Source of the DNA: a virus
Taxonomy: Duplodnaviria > Caudoviricetes
Strand: one strand, 5' to 3'
Virus record (IMG/VR): IMGVR_UViG_3300022744_000034
Coordinates: 1-54,186 of that record
DNA: 54,186 bases
Part shown: in pieces, positions 33,181 to 41,962 of the stretch
How the letters are laid out: each line of letters opens with the position of its first letter
How positions within the stretch are numbered: the stretch's first letter is position 1
Position numbers and translations under genes: made by a program
Notes under the pieces: model-generated
What the model was told of the DNA's origin: nothing
What the model saw: only the letters and a program-made list of their open reading frames with translations
Databases searched by the model: none

Positions 33181-36111
33181 GTGTTCTTTTTTGTACAGCC
33201 GACCGGCGGAAGTACCGTCTGGGAATGCGCCCTGGCGTCCGAGCGGGACCGGATTGTCAGTGAGTTAAAGCCCGAGTTTGTGACTGTCCTCGACGTGGAC
33301 AACAGTTTTACCCAGCCGTTGACGGCTGAAGAACAGCAGGCGGTCAAGTATCGGGCGCCGTATGGGTTCTACACGGACTTCGACGGCGACCTTGACGAGG
33401 TCCTGAACCAGGCTCGTGTCTTCCTGCTGAAGCTGGAAAAGGAGCACGGCTTCGACAAGAGTCAGGCGCGTCTGTGGTTCACGGGTGGGCGCGGGGTTCA
33501 TATCGAGATCCCGATCGAGTGTTTCGTGGCGAAGGTGCCGCCTGCCGGCATCGCAATGTTGCCCGCGATCTTCAAAGAGATGGCGATGTCAACATACGTT
33601 GACACACTCGACATGCGTATTTTTTCCGCAAAAAAAGGGCGACAGTGGCGGGTACCTAACGTCAAGCGTGACAACGGTCTGTACAAGGTTCAGGTCACGC
33701 TCAACGAGTTCATGACGGCGTCGGTCGAAGATTACAAATCGATCTGCTCTGCGCCACGGGCTGCGCTGCCGATTACGCCGCCGACCTGCAATGCGAAGTT
33801 GAGCTTGCTGTTCACCCTCGCAAGAGAAAAGGTCGACCTCGCGCTCAAGCGCAGGAAGGCGAAGAAGACCAGCAACGAGCACGTGCAACGGTTTGAAGGC
33901 AAGTGGCCGGACTCGTTCCGTCTGCTGCTCACGGGCGAGGGCGTGCGCGAGACCGTGGGCTGGAACCAGATCGCGATGCAGGTTGCGTCCTTCGGTCTCG
34001 CACTGGGCAAGTCGGAACAGGAGATCATCGACGATGCCAAGGGGCTGATCGATACCCACAGCGGGGACAGCGACCGCTACGGCAGCCCGCGCAAGCGCGA
34101 GCGAGAACTGCGTAACCAGATCCGCTACCAGGACGAAAACCCAGGGTACGAATTTTCCATCGGCGGCATCAAGAGCCTGTTCGCGAAGGGCGCCTACGCG
34201 GAAGACCTTGACTGGTCGGGTGTCGAAACTGCTGAGGCTGACGAAGATGGTGAGCCGGATGAGGGCGACGAGGGTGACGATAGTGCTGAGCCGCTGACGG
34301 ATGAGGAAGCCGAGGCCGAGCGGGCGGCACTGCGGGAGGCGATCAAGAAAGCCACGCAGGAGACGCTGGAGCGCCTTGCCGTAACGTACTCCAGGCAAGG
34401 CGTATTCATGAAGACCGAGAACGGCCCGGTCAAGGTGAGTTCGGCAGGCTTCGCCAAGCCGGTGCGGCTGGGCAAATTGTCTGACGGCAGCAGTATCGGG
34501 TACGAGGTCGAGGTCATTGTCGACGGCCTGAGCCATGGGCGGCGCATCCTGCCGATGGCGTCGATGACCTCGAAGGCGTCTTTTCAATCGTGGCTGTCGA
34601 CATTTGGAACATCCATTTCCGCACCCGACACCGTGGTCCCGCAACTAACGGACCTTTTTAGAATCAGAACACGCGGAGCCATCATGATTACCGTATCGCG
34701 CGAGGGAGTTGATGTGATCACGCCCCCGACCACGCCGGAGTCTAGAACTCAGCGCCCAACCGAGATCATCTTTTCATCGTCGGACAAGGTCCTGAGCCTT
34801 AACGGGACCCAACTTCGTTTCCGTGGGATGAACGACCCGGACGGCGCGTTCAAATCCGACCTTTGGTCGTCACCGTCACTGGAAGACACTGACGAGACAC
34901 GGGAGTTTTTCGACAATTTGTGGGAGATCAATGACCGCGTCACGCTCGGGAAAATGGTCGGCTGGTTTACCGCCTGCTTCATGTGCCAGCCGATCCGTGA
35001 AGCCTACAAACAGTTCCCGATCATGCAGGTGTGGGGTCAGGCCGGCTCAGGAAAGTCGAAGACAACCGAGTTGTTCAACCACATGCACTACTGGCGCCAC
35101 GACCCGAAGAAACTCTCGGCCACGGGATCGACCTTCTTCCCAATCATGGCGGCGGTCACGCAGTCGGCCAGCATCCCGGTGCTGTTCGACGAGTACAAGC
35201 CGCGTGAGATGAGCAAGCACAACAAGGATCTACTATCGAACATTTTCCGCAACAACTATGAGGGCGGGCAGATCGAGCGTGGCTCGTTGACCAAGGACGC
35301 GGGCAATAAGGAGGTCGTGATCAACAGCTATTCCAACGTCGCCCCCGTAGGCTTCATCGGCGAAGCGATCGAGTCACAGACTGCCATCCTTGAGCGTTCG
35401 GTATCCGTGCCGTTCTCGAAGGCGAGCCGGGCGGGGCGCGGCAAGCATTTCGCCTATGTGTTTGCGCGGCGTCGTGCTGGGCCGTTGTCGCAGTTGGGCA
35501 AGTCCCTGGCACAGGCCGTGATGTCGTCCGATGTGCGCTCAATTGCCGCGACGGTCGAGCACTATCAGGAGCAACTTCGCACCCGCGTCGGCGACGCGGT
35601 CAGTGACGACATCGAGCGCCCGATCTTCAACCTGTCCGTTGTGCTGGCAGGCCACGACCTGCTGAAGCAGGTTCTGTCTTCCGTGTTCGGCGACCGCTAC
35701 GACGACAAAGTTGATGCGATGAAGGAGGCGTTGCTCGGCACGGTCGGCCACCTTGTTGTGATGACGATGTCGGAAGCGGCCAAGGTCCTTGACGTCATGG
35801 CTCAACTGAGTCGTGAGCGGGACATTCAGTACAAGCTGGAGAAGAACGTCGAGTTCTACACCGACGAGGTCAACGTCGATATCAAGCTGAAACTGGCGTT
35901 TGCGAAGTACGTCCGCTACAGGAAGTCACTCGGCATGGAGGTTCTGTTCGATAACGAGGACGCCTTCATCGCTGGCATGCGGTCTTACGCAGGTGTCGTG
36001 AGCCTTGACTGCATGGACTCGCCGATACGCAAGACGCCGTTCGAGAAGATTTTCCGTTTCTCATGCGCTCATATGAGCAAGGAGGGGATTGAATCGTTTT
36101 TCGATATGTAA
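33181..36111 (+). CDS. Primase-helicase (AEP-like primase plus P-loop ATPase)
   Basis: YTDFD, FTGGRGVH and WRVPN in the N-terminus; GQAGSGKS and LFDE in the C-terminus; acidic linker. Confidence 0.8.
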   Translation: MFFFVQPTGGSTVWECALASERDRIVSELKPEFVTVLDVDNSFTQPLTAEEQQAVKYRAPYGFYTDFDGDLDEVLNQARVFLLKLEKEHGFDKSQARLWFTGGRGVHIEIPIECFVAKVPPAGIAMLPAIFKEMAMSTYVDTLDMRIFSAKKGRQWRVPNVKRDNGLYKVQVTLNEFMTASVEDYKSICSAPRAALPITPPTCNAKLSLLFTLAREKVDLALKRRKAKKTSNEHVQRFEGKWPDSFRLLLTGEGVRETVGWNQIAMQVASFGLALGKSEQEIIDDAKGLIDTHSGDSDRYGSPRKRERELRNQIRYQDENPGYEFSIGGIKSLFAKGAYAEDLDWSGVETAEADEDGEPDEGDEGDDSAEPLTDEEAEAERAALREAIKKATQETLERLAVTYSRQGVFMKTENGPVKVSSAGFAKPVRLGKLSDGSSIGYEVEVIVDGLSHGRRILPMASMTSKASFQSWLSTFGTSISAPDTVVPQLTDLFRIRTRGAIMITVSREGVDVITPPTTPESRTQRPTEIIFSSSDKVLSLNGTQLRFRGMNDPDGAFKSDLWSSPSLEDTDETREFFDNLWEINDRVTLGKMVGWFTACFMCQPIREAYKQFPIMQVWGQAGSGKSKTTELFNHMHYWRHDPKKLSATGSTFFPIMAAVTQSASIPVLFDEYKPREMSKHNKDLLSNIFRNNYEGGQIERGSLTKDAGNKEVVINSYSNVAPVGFIGEAIESQTAILERSVSVPFSKASRAGRGKHFAYVFARRRAGPLSQLGKSLAQAVMSSDVRSIAATVEHYQEQLRTRVGDAVSDDIERPIFNLSVVLAGHDLLKQVLSSVFGDRYDDKVDAMKEALLGTVGHLVVMTMSEAAKVLDVMAQLSRERDIQYKLEKNVEFYTDEVNVDIKLKLAFAKYVRYRKSLGMEVLFDNEDAFIAGMRSYAGVVSLDCMDSPIRKTPFEKIFRFSCAHMSKEGIESFFDM

Positions 36112-36125
36112 GAAAGCAAAAGATG

Positions 36126-36154
36126 TTGCCAAACTTCAGGGTTTGGTCTACATT
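36126..36154 (+). promoter_or_regulatory. Sigma70-like promoter
   Basis: TTGCCA-17 nt-TACATT. Confidence 0.5.
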
Positions 36155-36231
36155 ACGAATCAAGGGCCAGCGTGATCTGGCCCTTGTCACCGGCAGAAAT
36201 TGCCAACCCACACTCAAGAGTGAATACGAAA

Positions 36232-36969
36232 ATGGCCCTCAAAGACATGCAAGCTGACAACACCCTTTCCGCTTCCGCCCCCGCCTTCGAAACCGAGGAT
36301 GAAATCATGACCGCACCTGCTGCCGAAACCACTGCTGTTGCCCCTGTTGCTGCCACCGCTGTTGCTGCACCTTCCGCAGCCAAGTTCAAGATGGCGTTCG
36401 CCGACCTGCAGAACGCCTTCCCTGAAGACGCCGTCGTCGGCCTGTCGCTGGCCGTCCCCCGCATCAAGGCTGAGCAGGGTTCTGCGTACATCGCGGATAA
36501 GAGTCTGGGCGAGAAGTTCAAGATCGAGGTCGAAAGCTGGAACCACCGCACTCTCGTCAGTGCTGGACTGGACTCGAAGGACCCTGGCTATCAAGAGTCG
36601 ATGGAGTACCTGCGCACGTCCTACGATGGCAAGACGATTCATGGCGATGGCCAGACGATTGACGAGTACATCGAGTTCCTGAAGTCGCTCAGCTACACGA
36701 AGGCGCGCTCGTCGAAGTACATCGATCTGTTCGGCTTCCTGACCTGGACTGCGAAGGACGGCGCGGTTGATCCCGAAAAGCGCGAACTGTGTCTCGTGCA
36801 GTTGTCGCAGACCTCGGCCGGAAACTTCGCTGCCTTCTGCACCACGCAAGGTTTGCTGCAGTCGAAGGGTCTGTCGAAGGGTGGCTCGAACGTGATCGAG
36901 ATTCAGGCGGTTGCTCGCTCAAAAGGGGCGATGAAGTATAGTAATTTCGCCTTCGCCGCAGCCAAGTAA
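36232..36969 (+). CDS. Probable ssDNA-binding or annealing protein
   Basis: Follows the primase-helicase with its own promoter; Ala-rich N-terminus, beta-rich core; function positional only. Confidence 0.5.
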   Translation: MALKDMQADNTLSASAPAFETEDEIMTAPAAETTAVAPVAATAVAAPSAAKFKMAFADLQNAFPEDAVVGLSLAVPRIKAEQGSAYIADKSLGEKFKIEVESWNHRTLVSAGLDSKDPGYQESMEYLRTSYDGKTIHGDGQTIDEYIEFLKSLSYTKARSSKYIDLFGFLTWTAKDGAVDPEKRELCLVQLSQTSAGNFAAFCTTQGLLQSKGLSKGGSNVIEIQAVARSKGAMKYSNFAFAAAK

Positions 36970-37230
36970 TCTTCGCCGCCAGCCGGAGGCGGTAGTGTCC
37001 GGCGCCCATGTAACTGCGGAGCTTTCGCGCAGACCCTGAAGGGCAAAGACATCAGGGGGTGTCTCCAACCGCTCGTCACGGACTGAAAGCGCGACGATAT
37101 AACGCCGACCCAGAACACCTTCGGGTGTGGAGCACTGCAACTGAGCAGTCGGACTATGGGTTCACGGGGTCCTCGGCGTAGCGGTCGAGGACCCAGACTA
37201 AGGCGTCTTCAGCGGGCGTCTTAGTCTGGG
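36970..37230 (+). ncRNA. Candidate structured RNA upstream of the HNH gene
   Basis: About 8 hairpins including ACACC-TTCG-GGTGT, GGGTCCTCG/CGAGGACCC and CCCAGACTAAG/CTTAGTCTGGG. Confidence 0.45.
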
Positions 37231-37260
37231 CAAAGTTGTCAAAATAATAAGAAGAACTAA

Positions 37261-37920
37261 ATGTCGCACATCAGAGCCAAAACAAAATCCAAAATTGGAA
37301 GGAAGTTCAACAGACTGACGTTTGAGTCTGTTGCATGGAATGACACAACTGAAAGTGCGATCGGCACTTTCAGTTGCGATTGTGGGAACACATATACGGG
37401 GAACCCCTATAGCGTGTTCACTGGCAACACTAAATCCTGTGGGTGCCTAGCTAGAGACATTCTGAATGCTAGGAATCACAAGCACGGCATGGCAAGATCG
37501 AAGATATATCAAATCTGGGCGGACATGGTCGCTAGATGTGTAAGACCTACCCACAAGAGATGGTCTGACTATGGCGGCCGGGGTATCACCGTAAGTGAAG
37601 ACTGGCTTAACTTTGAGGCTTTTTACCGAGACATGGGTGATCGCCCGCACGGGTGTAGCCTGGATAGGGTGGACAACAATCTGGGGTATTCTGCATCTAA
37701 TTGCAGATGGGCTACAAGCCATGAGCAAGCAACCAACAAGCGGAACAATAGATACTTAGAGGCGTTTGGTTTCAGCCTACCAATTACATGGTGGGGCCAA
37801 CTGATTGGCATGGGCTCGTCAGACCTTGGGCGCAAACTTAAGTCTGATCTCAGCCTAGAAGACATCGTGGTGGCACGAGTCGGCTTGGCCGGGGCCGAGT
37901 ATATTTGGAGTCATTCATGA
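37261..37920 (+). CDS. Free-standing HNH endonuclease (same family as 10108-10773)
   Basis: CDCG...KSCGC...HGM...YGGRGI...DMGDRP...SLDRVDNNLGY...NCRWAT..EQ..N. Confidence 0.85.
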   Translation: MSHIRAKTKSKIGRKFNRLTFESVAWNDTTESAIGTFSCDCGNTYTGNPYSVFTGNTKSCGCLARDILNARNHKHGMARSKIYQIWADMVARCVRPTHKRWSDYGGRGITVSEDWLNFEAFYRDMGDRPHGCSLDRVDNNLGYSASNCRWATSHEQATNKRNNRYLEAFGFSLPITWWGQLIGMGSSDLGRKLKSDLSLEDIVVARVGLAGAEYIWSHS

Positions 37921-38603
37921 GAAATCAATGGCTCTATGCCGACGTTGAAACCACTGGAGTTACGCAGGGCTCTGGAGTTGTTGAAGTTGCGTGGATACTC
38001 GTTGATGACTATCTGGTTGTACATGATAAGGGCCACAGCATCATCGACCCCGAGATGCCTATTCCACCAGAATCCAGCGCGGTTCACGGCCTAACAAGCA
38101 GGGACGTAGTCGGTGCTCCGACCCTTGACGAGTATTTTTCTATCGTGCTAGGCGGCATCTTTAGTGCGTGCGATGTTATTTTTTGCGCGTACAACAGCCC
38201 GTTTGATTACAGGTTTTTGCACCAATACCTGCCAGACTGGACTCCGCAAATGGATCTCCTTCGCCTTGCGCGGAGGATATACCCAACGGCGCCTAACCAT
38301 AAACTCTCAACAATGGTTTACTTCCTTGATCTAAATGTGGACAAGGGAAGATTTCACTCAGCCGATGGTGACGTGAGTGTTCTTCTGGACATGACAAAAC
38401 GAATGTCCGACGACACGGGCCGCAGCCTGTACGAGTTGTTCGAATTGGCCAATGCGCCGGTCGAGCACTTAACCATGCCATTCGGCAAGCACCTTGGCCT
38501 GCCGCTGAAGGATGTCCCTCCGCACTACGTCAAGTGGTTCATGACCAAGGCTGAGAACCCGGACCCGGACCTTGTCCGAGCCTTCAAGAAACTGGGTTAC
38601 TGA
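37917..38603 (+). CDS. DEDDh 3'-5' exonuclease (ExoX/DnaQ-like)
   Basis: DVETTG, YNSPFD, HSADGD, C-terminal MPFGKH.G. Confidence 0.88.
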   Translation: MRNQWLYADVETTGVTQGSGVVEVAWILVDDYLVVHDKGHSIIDPEMPIPPESSAVHGLTSRDVVGAPTLDEYFSIVLGGIFSACDVIFCAYNSPFDYRFLHQYLPDWTPQMDLLRLARRIYPTAPNHKLSTMVYFLDLNVDKGRFHSADGDVSVLLDMTKRMSDDTGRSLYELFELANAPVEHLTMPFGKHLGLPLKDVPPHYVKWFMTKAENPDPDLVRAFKKLGY

Positions 38604-38677
38604 CCCGAACCTCTGCGGCGGCAAGCGGGTGTCGCAGGGGCCAACTATCCCGCTGACAACAATAAGAAGGAAAAATC

Positions 38678-38950
38678 ATGTCTGCTATCACTCTGTATCG
38701 CGCCACCGACGGTTTCCTGTTCGAGACCGAAGGCGAGCAACTGGCACATGAGGCCCTGCTGGAAAACAAGGCCCGCATCGACGCTTTCGTTGATCGTCAC
38801 TTCCCGATCCCGGAACCCGAACTGCTGTTCAACGAAGACGGTTCGCCGAAGCTGAACGAGAAGGGCGAGCAGGAGAAGAAGGTCAAGCAGGCGGCGGGTC
38901 GCGGCCCGGTGCGTAAGGCGATCGCACTCTGGATCGCTGAAAACGCCTGA
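38678..38950 (+). CDS. Hypothetical protein
   Basis: AAGGA RBS; Y.ATDG.LFET pattern. Confidence 0.7.
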   Translation: MSAITLYRATDGFLFETEGEQLAHEALLENKARIDAFVDRHFPIPEPELLFNEDGSPKLNEKGEQEKKVKQAAGRGPVRKAIALWIAENA

Positions 38951-38975
38951 CACTTCAGCGCTTAATCAGAACACG

Positions 38976-38999
38976 GACCCCGTCATTGACGGGGTCTTT
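38976..38999 (+). terminator. Intrinsic terminator-like hairpin
   Basis: GACCCCGTCA-T-TGACGGGGTC-TTT. Confidence 0.55.
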
Positions 39000-39022
39000 A
39001 CTTGGCCTACTTCAAAGACAAG

Positions 39023-39922
39023 ATGAGCGCCTACTACAACGAGATTGACCCGTTCGCTGCGCAGTGGCTGAGAAACCTCATCTCGGCCGGACTGATTGCG
39101 CCGGGCGAGGTCGATACGCGGAGCATTGAAGATGTCAGACCTGACGACCTACGAGGATTCACCCAATGTCACTTCTTCGCCGGAATCGGCGTCTGGTCTC
39201 ACGCCCTACGACAGGCGGGATGGCCGGATAGCAAACCCGCCTGGACCGGATCATGCCCGTGCCAACCTTTCAGCACGGCAGGCAAAGCAGGCGGGTTTGA
39301 TGATGAGCGGCACCTGTGGCCTGCCTTCTTCCACCTCATCTCGGAGTGCAGACCTCGCGTCGTGTTTGGCGAGCAGGTTGCAAGCGCGGACGGCCTCGGC
39401 TGGTTCGACCTTGTACAGACTGACCTGGAAAACGAGGGTTACACCGCAGCAGCGATCGATCTTTGCGCTGCGGGCGTCGGTGCCCCGCACATCCGCCAAC
39501 GCCTCTACTGGGTGGGTCACGCCGACGACGAGGGATTGGAAGGATACGCCGGGGATGGCGACAGCGAGCCGCAACCCCGATGGCACTATCAGGCGGAGGC
39601 TGGACCAGTTACCGCGTCAGGCGTTTCAGTGGGCAGGGCGGGTCACTCCGACAGCAACAGATTCGAAGAGAGGTTGCAAACCCCCGAGGCCGCACGACAA
39701 GGACGTACCGCTGACGCAGATGGCCGGACTTCTGGATTCTGGGCAGATGCCGACTGGCTGCCCTTCCTCGATGGAAAGTGGCGTCCTGTTGAATCCGGGA
39801 CTTTCCCGGTGGCTTATGGGTCTCCCGGAAGCGTGGGACGACTGCACGCCTACGGCAACGCCCTCGTAGCGCCACTCGCCACAGAGTTCATTACAGCATT
39901 CATGCAAACACAAGGAGCATAA
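39023..39922 (+). CDS. C5-cytosine DNA methyltransferase (alpha-type polypeptide)
   Basis: FFAGIG (motif I), SCPCQPFS (IV), GEQV (VI), PHIRQRLY (VIII), YGNALV (X); no motif IX in this frame. Confidence 0.88.
   Translation: MSAYYNEIDPFAAQWLRNLISAGLIAPGEVDTRSIEDVRPDDLRGFTQCHFFAGIGVWSHALRQAGWPDSKPAWTGSCPCQPFSTAGKAGGFDDERHLWPAFFHLISECRPRVVFGEQVASADGLGWFDLVQTDLENEGYTAAAIDLCAAGVGAPHIRQRLYWVGHADDEGLEGYAGDGDSEPQPRWHYQAEAGPVTASGVSVGRAGHSDSNRFEERLQTPEAARQGRTADADGRTSGFWADADWLPFLDGKWRPVESGTFPVAYGSPGSVGRLHAYGNALVAPLATEFITAFMQTQGA
39132..39869 (+). CDS. Nested +1-frame polypeptide carrying methyltransferase motif IX (beta-subunit-like)
   Basis: About 245 stop-free codons inside the MTase; WVTPTTRDWKD, TPTATDSK and LNPGLSRWLMGLPEAW; start uncertain. 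Confidence 0.65.
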   Translation: MSDLTTYEDSPNVTSSPESASGLTPYDRRDGRIANPPGPDHARANLSARQAKQAGLMMSGTCGLPSSTSSRSADLASCLASRLQARTASAGSTLYRLTWKTRVTPQQRSIFALRASVPRTSANASTGWVTPTTRDWKDTPGMATASRNPDGTIRRRLDQLPRQAFQWAGRVTPTATDSKRGCKPPRPHDKDVPLTQMAGLLDSGQMPTGCPSSMESGVLLNPGLSRWLMGLPEAWDDCTPTATPS

Positions 39923-39925
39923 CGG

Positions 39926-40282
39926 ATGGATATCAGCACCTACGAGATCAAGACGGCGGGCCTTCTCAAGAACCTAGACACGCCGACGGACGACCTTGCG
40001 CACATGGCAATGGGCTTGGCCGGGGAGGCGGGCGAGGTCCTTGACGAAGTCAAGAAGCATTTTGCCTACGGCCGGCAACTCAACCGCGACAAGGTAATCG
40101 AGGAACTTGGCGACTGCATGTTTTATGCCAATGGGCTGTGCCAATTTCTCGACCTGAGCCTGGGAGATGTGCTTGACATCAACATCAAGAAACTCGAAGC
40201 TCGCTATCCCGACTTGAGGTTCGATGCCGAGCGGGCCAACAATCGGGACGTGGTTGCTGAGGCGGCCGCGATGAAGCGATGA
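39926..40282 (+). CDS. MazG-like nucleotide pyrophosphohydrolase
   Basis: GLAGEAGEVLDEVKK...EELGD...NIKKLEARYP. Confidence 0.88.
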   Translation: MDISTYEIKTAGLLKNLDTPTDDLAHMAMGLAGEAGEVLDEVKKHFAYGRQLNRDKVIEELGDCMFYANGLCQFLDLSLGDVLDINIKKLEARYPDLRFDAERANNRDVVAEAAAMKR

Positions 40283-41127
40283 AGCCGATTCCGCGTGCGA
40301 GACTGCTGCGCGCGATCGCCGACCATCTCGTGACGCGCTTCCCGCCCGGCAGCGCGTACCAGAAGAAGCGCCGCGTCGAGATTCCAATCCCGCCCATGCT
40401 GACGCAGCTGGCGTTCGAGGGCGAGTCGCTGGCCGACTTCATGATCCCGACACTCAACATCCGTCATGACGTTGCGATCGATGCGTTCTCGAAGATTCTG
40501 TTTCAGGACATGCAGCCCGAAGTTCTGGATGGGGAGCGCGTCAGGGGAGCCATCTCGGACCAGGTGCTACGCCTTGTGCGCGGCAGCCCTGAACGATACA
40601 TCGTCTGGCTTGGTCAGCAGCCGGGATGGGAGATGGTGCAGGGGCCGAACTCCCTGTACGCACACAACGAGGTCGATGTCGTCGGAATCATGGATGGCGT
40701 CGTCAAGTGCCGGTATTCGGAGTGGCTGACGAGCCCTAAGCGGGACGTGCGTTGGCCCGACATCAACGACTGGAGTACGTATGGAACGCATGACAAGGCG
40801 CTGATCTACATCTCGGAGCGGCTGGAAACCGAGTACGACCGCGCCCTGCTTGGCGCGTGTGCGATGGTTCACATCACCAAGTTCATCAACCTCTTCGCTC
40901 CTGCTGTCCGGCGCGTTCCACAAGACCTGAAGGAGCAGGCGATCGAGATCGTGACCGGGCGGCACGACATCATGGGCAAACTCTTCAAACTGCTGGTCCC
41001 CGCCGTCGTTGACAAGCGCACTTTTTACCGAATGTTCGGTTGCCCGTCACGATGGAAGTTGCGTTACCCCGAGTACCTGCGCGAGCGACTGTATCTCAAG
41101 CTCAAGAACGCGGGACTCATTGACTGA
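40279..41127 (+). CDS. Hypothetical protein (282 aa)
   Basis: ATGA overlap; no motif recognised. Confidence 0.7.
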   Translation: MKPIPRARLLRAIADHLVTRFPPGSAYQKKRRVEIPIPPMLTQLAFEGESLADFMIPTLNIRHDVAIDAFSKILFQDMQPEVLDGERVRGAISDQVLRLVRGSPERYIVWLGQQPGWEMVQGPNSLYAHNEVDVVGIMDGVVKCRYSEWLTSPKRDVRWPDINDWSTYGTHDKALIYISERLETEYDRALLGACAMVHITKFINLFAPAVRRVPQDLKEQAIEIVTGRHDIMGKLFKLLVPAVVDKRTFYRMFGCPSRWKLRYPEYLRERLYLKLKNAGLID

Positions 41128-41149
41128 CAATACAAATAGAAGAACTCAA

Positions 41150-41719
41150 ATGCCTAAACTGATTTGCATCACCGGCAAGGCCGGCAGCGGTAAGGACACG
41201 ATGGCTGACCGCCTATGGGAGAACCACGGCTTCGTGAAGATCGCTCTTGCGGATCCACTCCGCCTTGCGGCCAGTGCCGCGTTCGGCGTCGGCGCCAATT
41301 TCTTCTTCGATCGCGAGAAGAAGGAGGAAGTCATGGAGTATTGGGGGATGTCGCCCCGAACCATGCTCCAGAAGTTGGGCACTGAAGCGGTCAAGGGCAC
41401 GTTCGGCGAGGATGTATGGCTCAAGCGGTGGTACCTGTCCTTCGCCGCCCTCAAGGACACGGATCATATCGTGGTCCCCGATGTGCGCTTTGAGTTGGAG
41501 GCAGACTTCTTCCGCCGTATCGGCGGCACCGTCGTGCATTTGTCTCGACCTGGGGCAGGGCTGGCGGGTGCAGCGGGTTCGCATTCCAGTGAGCAGGGTG
41601 TGGCTGTGTGCGTGGGAGACATTGAGGTTACCAACGTCGGCACACTGCAGCATCTTTTCGAAACGACCGATACCGTTGTTGACATGGTCGAGGATCGCGA
41701 GAACCGCATCAAGGACTGA
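41150..41719 (+). CDS. Deoxynucleoside monophosphate kinase
   Basis: GKAGSGKDT, ADPLR, PRTMLQKLGTE, DVRF, HSSE. Confidence 0.88.
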   Translation: MPKLICITGKAGSGKDTMADRLWENHGFVKIALADPLRLAASAAFGVGANFFFDREKKEEVMEYWGMSPRTMLQKLGTEAVKGTFGEDVWLKRWYLSFAALKDTDHIVVPDVRFELEADFFRRIGGTVVHLSRPGAGLAGAAGSHSSEQGVAVCVGDIEVTNVGTLQHLFETTDTVVDMVEDRENRIKD

Positions 41720-41723
41720 GCGC

Positions 41724-41951
41724 ATGGCAGATGAGATCGACCGCGCCAACCACCTTGCTGAGTTGGCGACACAGGACTCGGTCGCGCACTACCGGCGCCT
41801 CGCGGCGCCGGAACAGGACCCGGACAACCTCGACCCTTATTGCGCAGACTGTGGCGACGAGATCGAGGATGCACGATTACTTATGTGCAAGATGCGCTGC
41901 TTCAGTTGTCAGAGCGCGAAAGAAATTCGGGAAAAGCAACACGCACGATAG
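41724..41951 (+). CDS. TraR/DksA C4 zinc-finger protein
   Basis: MADEIDRA (DxxDxA), CADCGDEI..AR, RCFSCQ. Confidence 0.85.
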   Translation: MADEIDRANHLAELATQDSVAHYRRLAAPEQDPDNLDPYCADCGDEIEDARLLMCKMRCFSCQSAKEIREKQHAR

Positions 41952-41962
41952 CGAGGTTAGGG

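Noticed and set aside
36970-37920. IscB/HEARO (OMEGA) RNA-guided nuclease
   Set aside because: The HNH protein lacks PLMP and RuvC motifs and is an ordinary free-standing phage HNH type.
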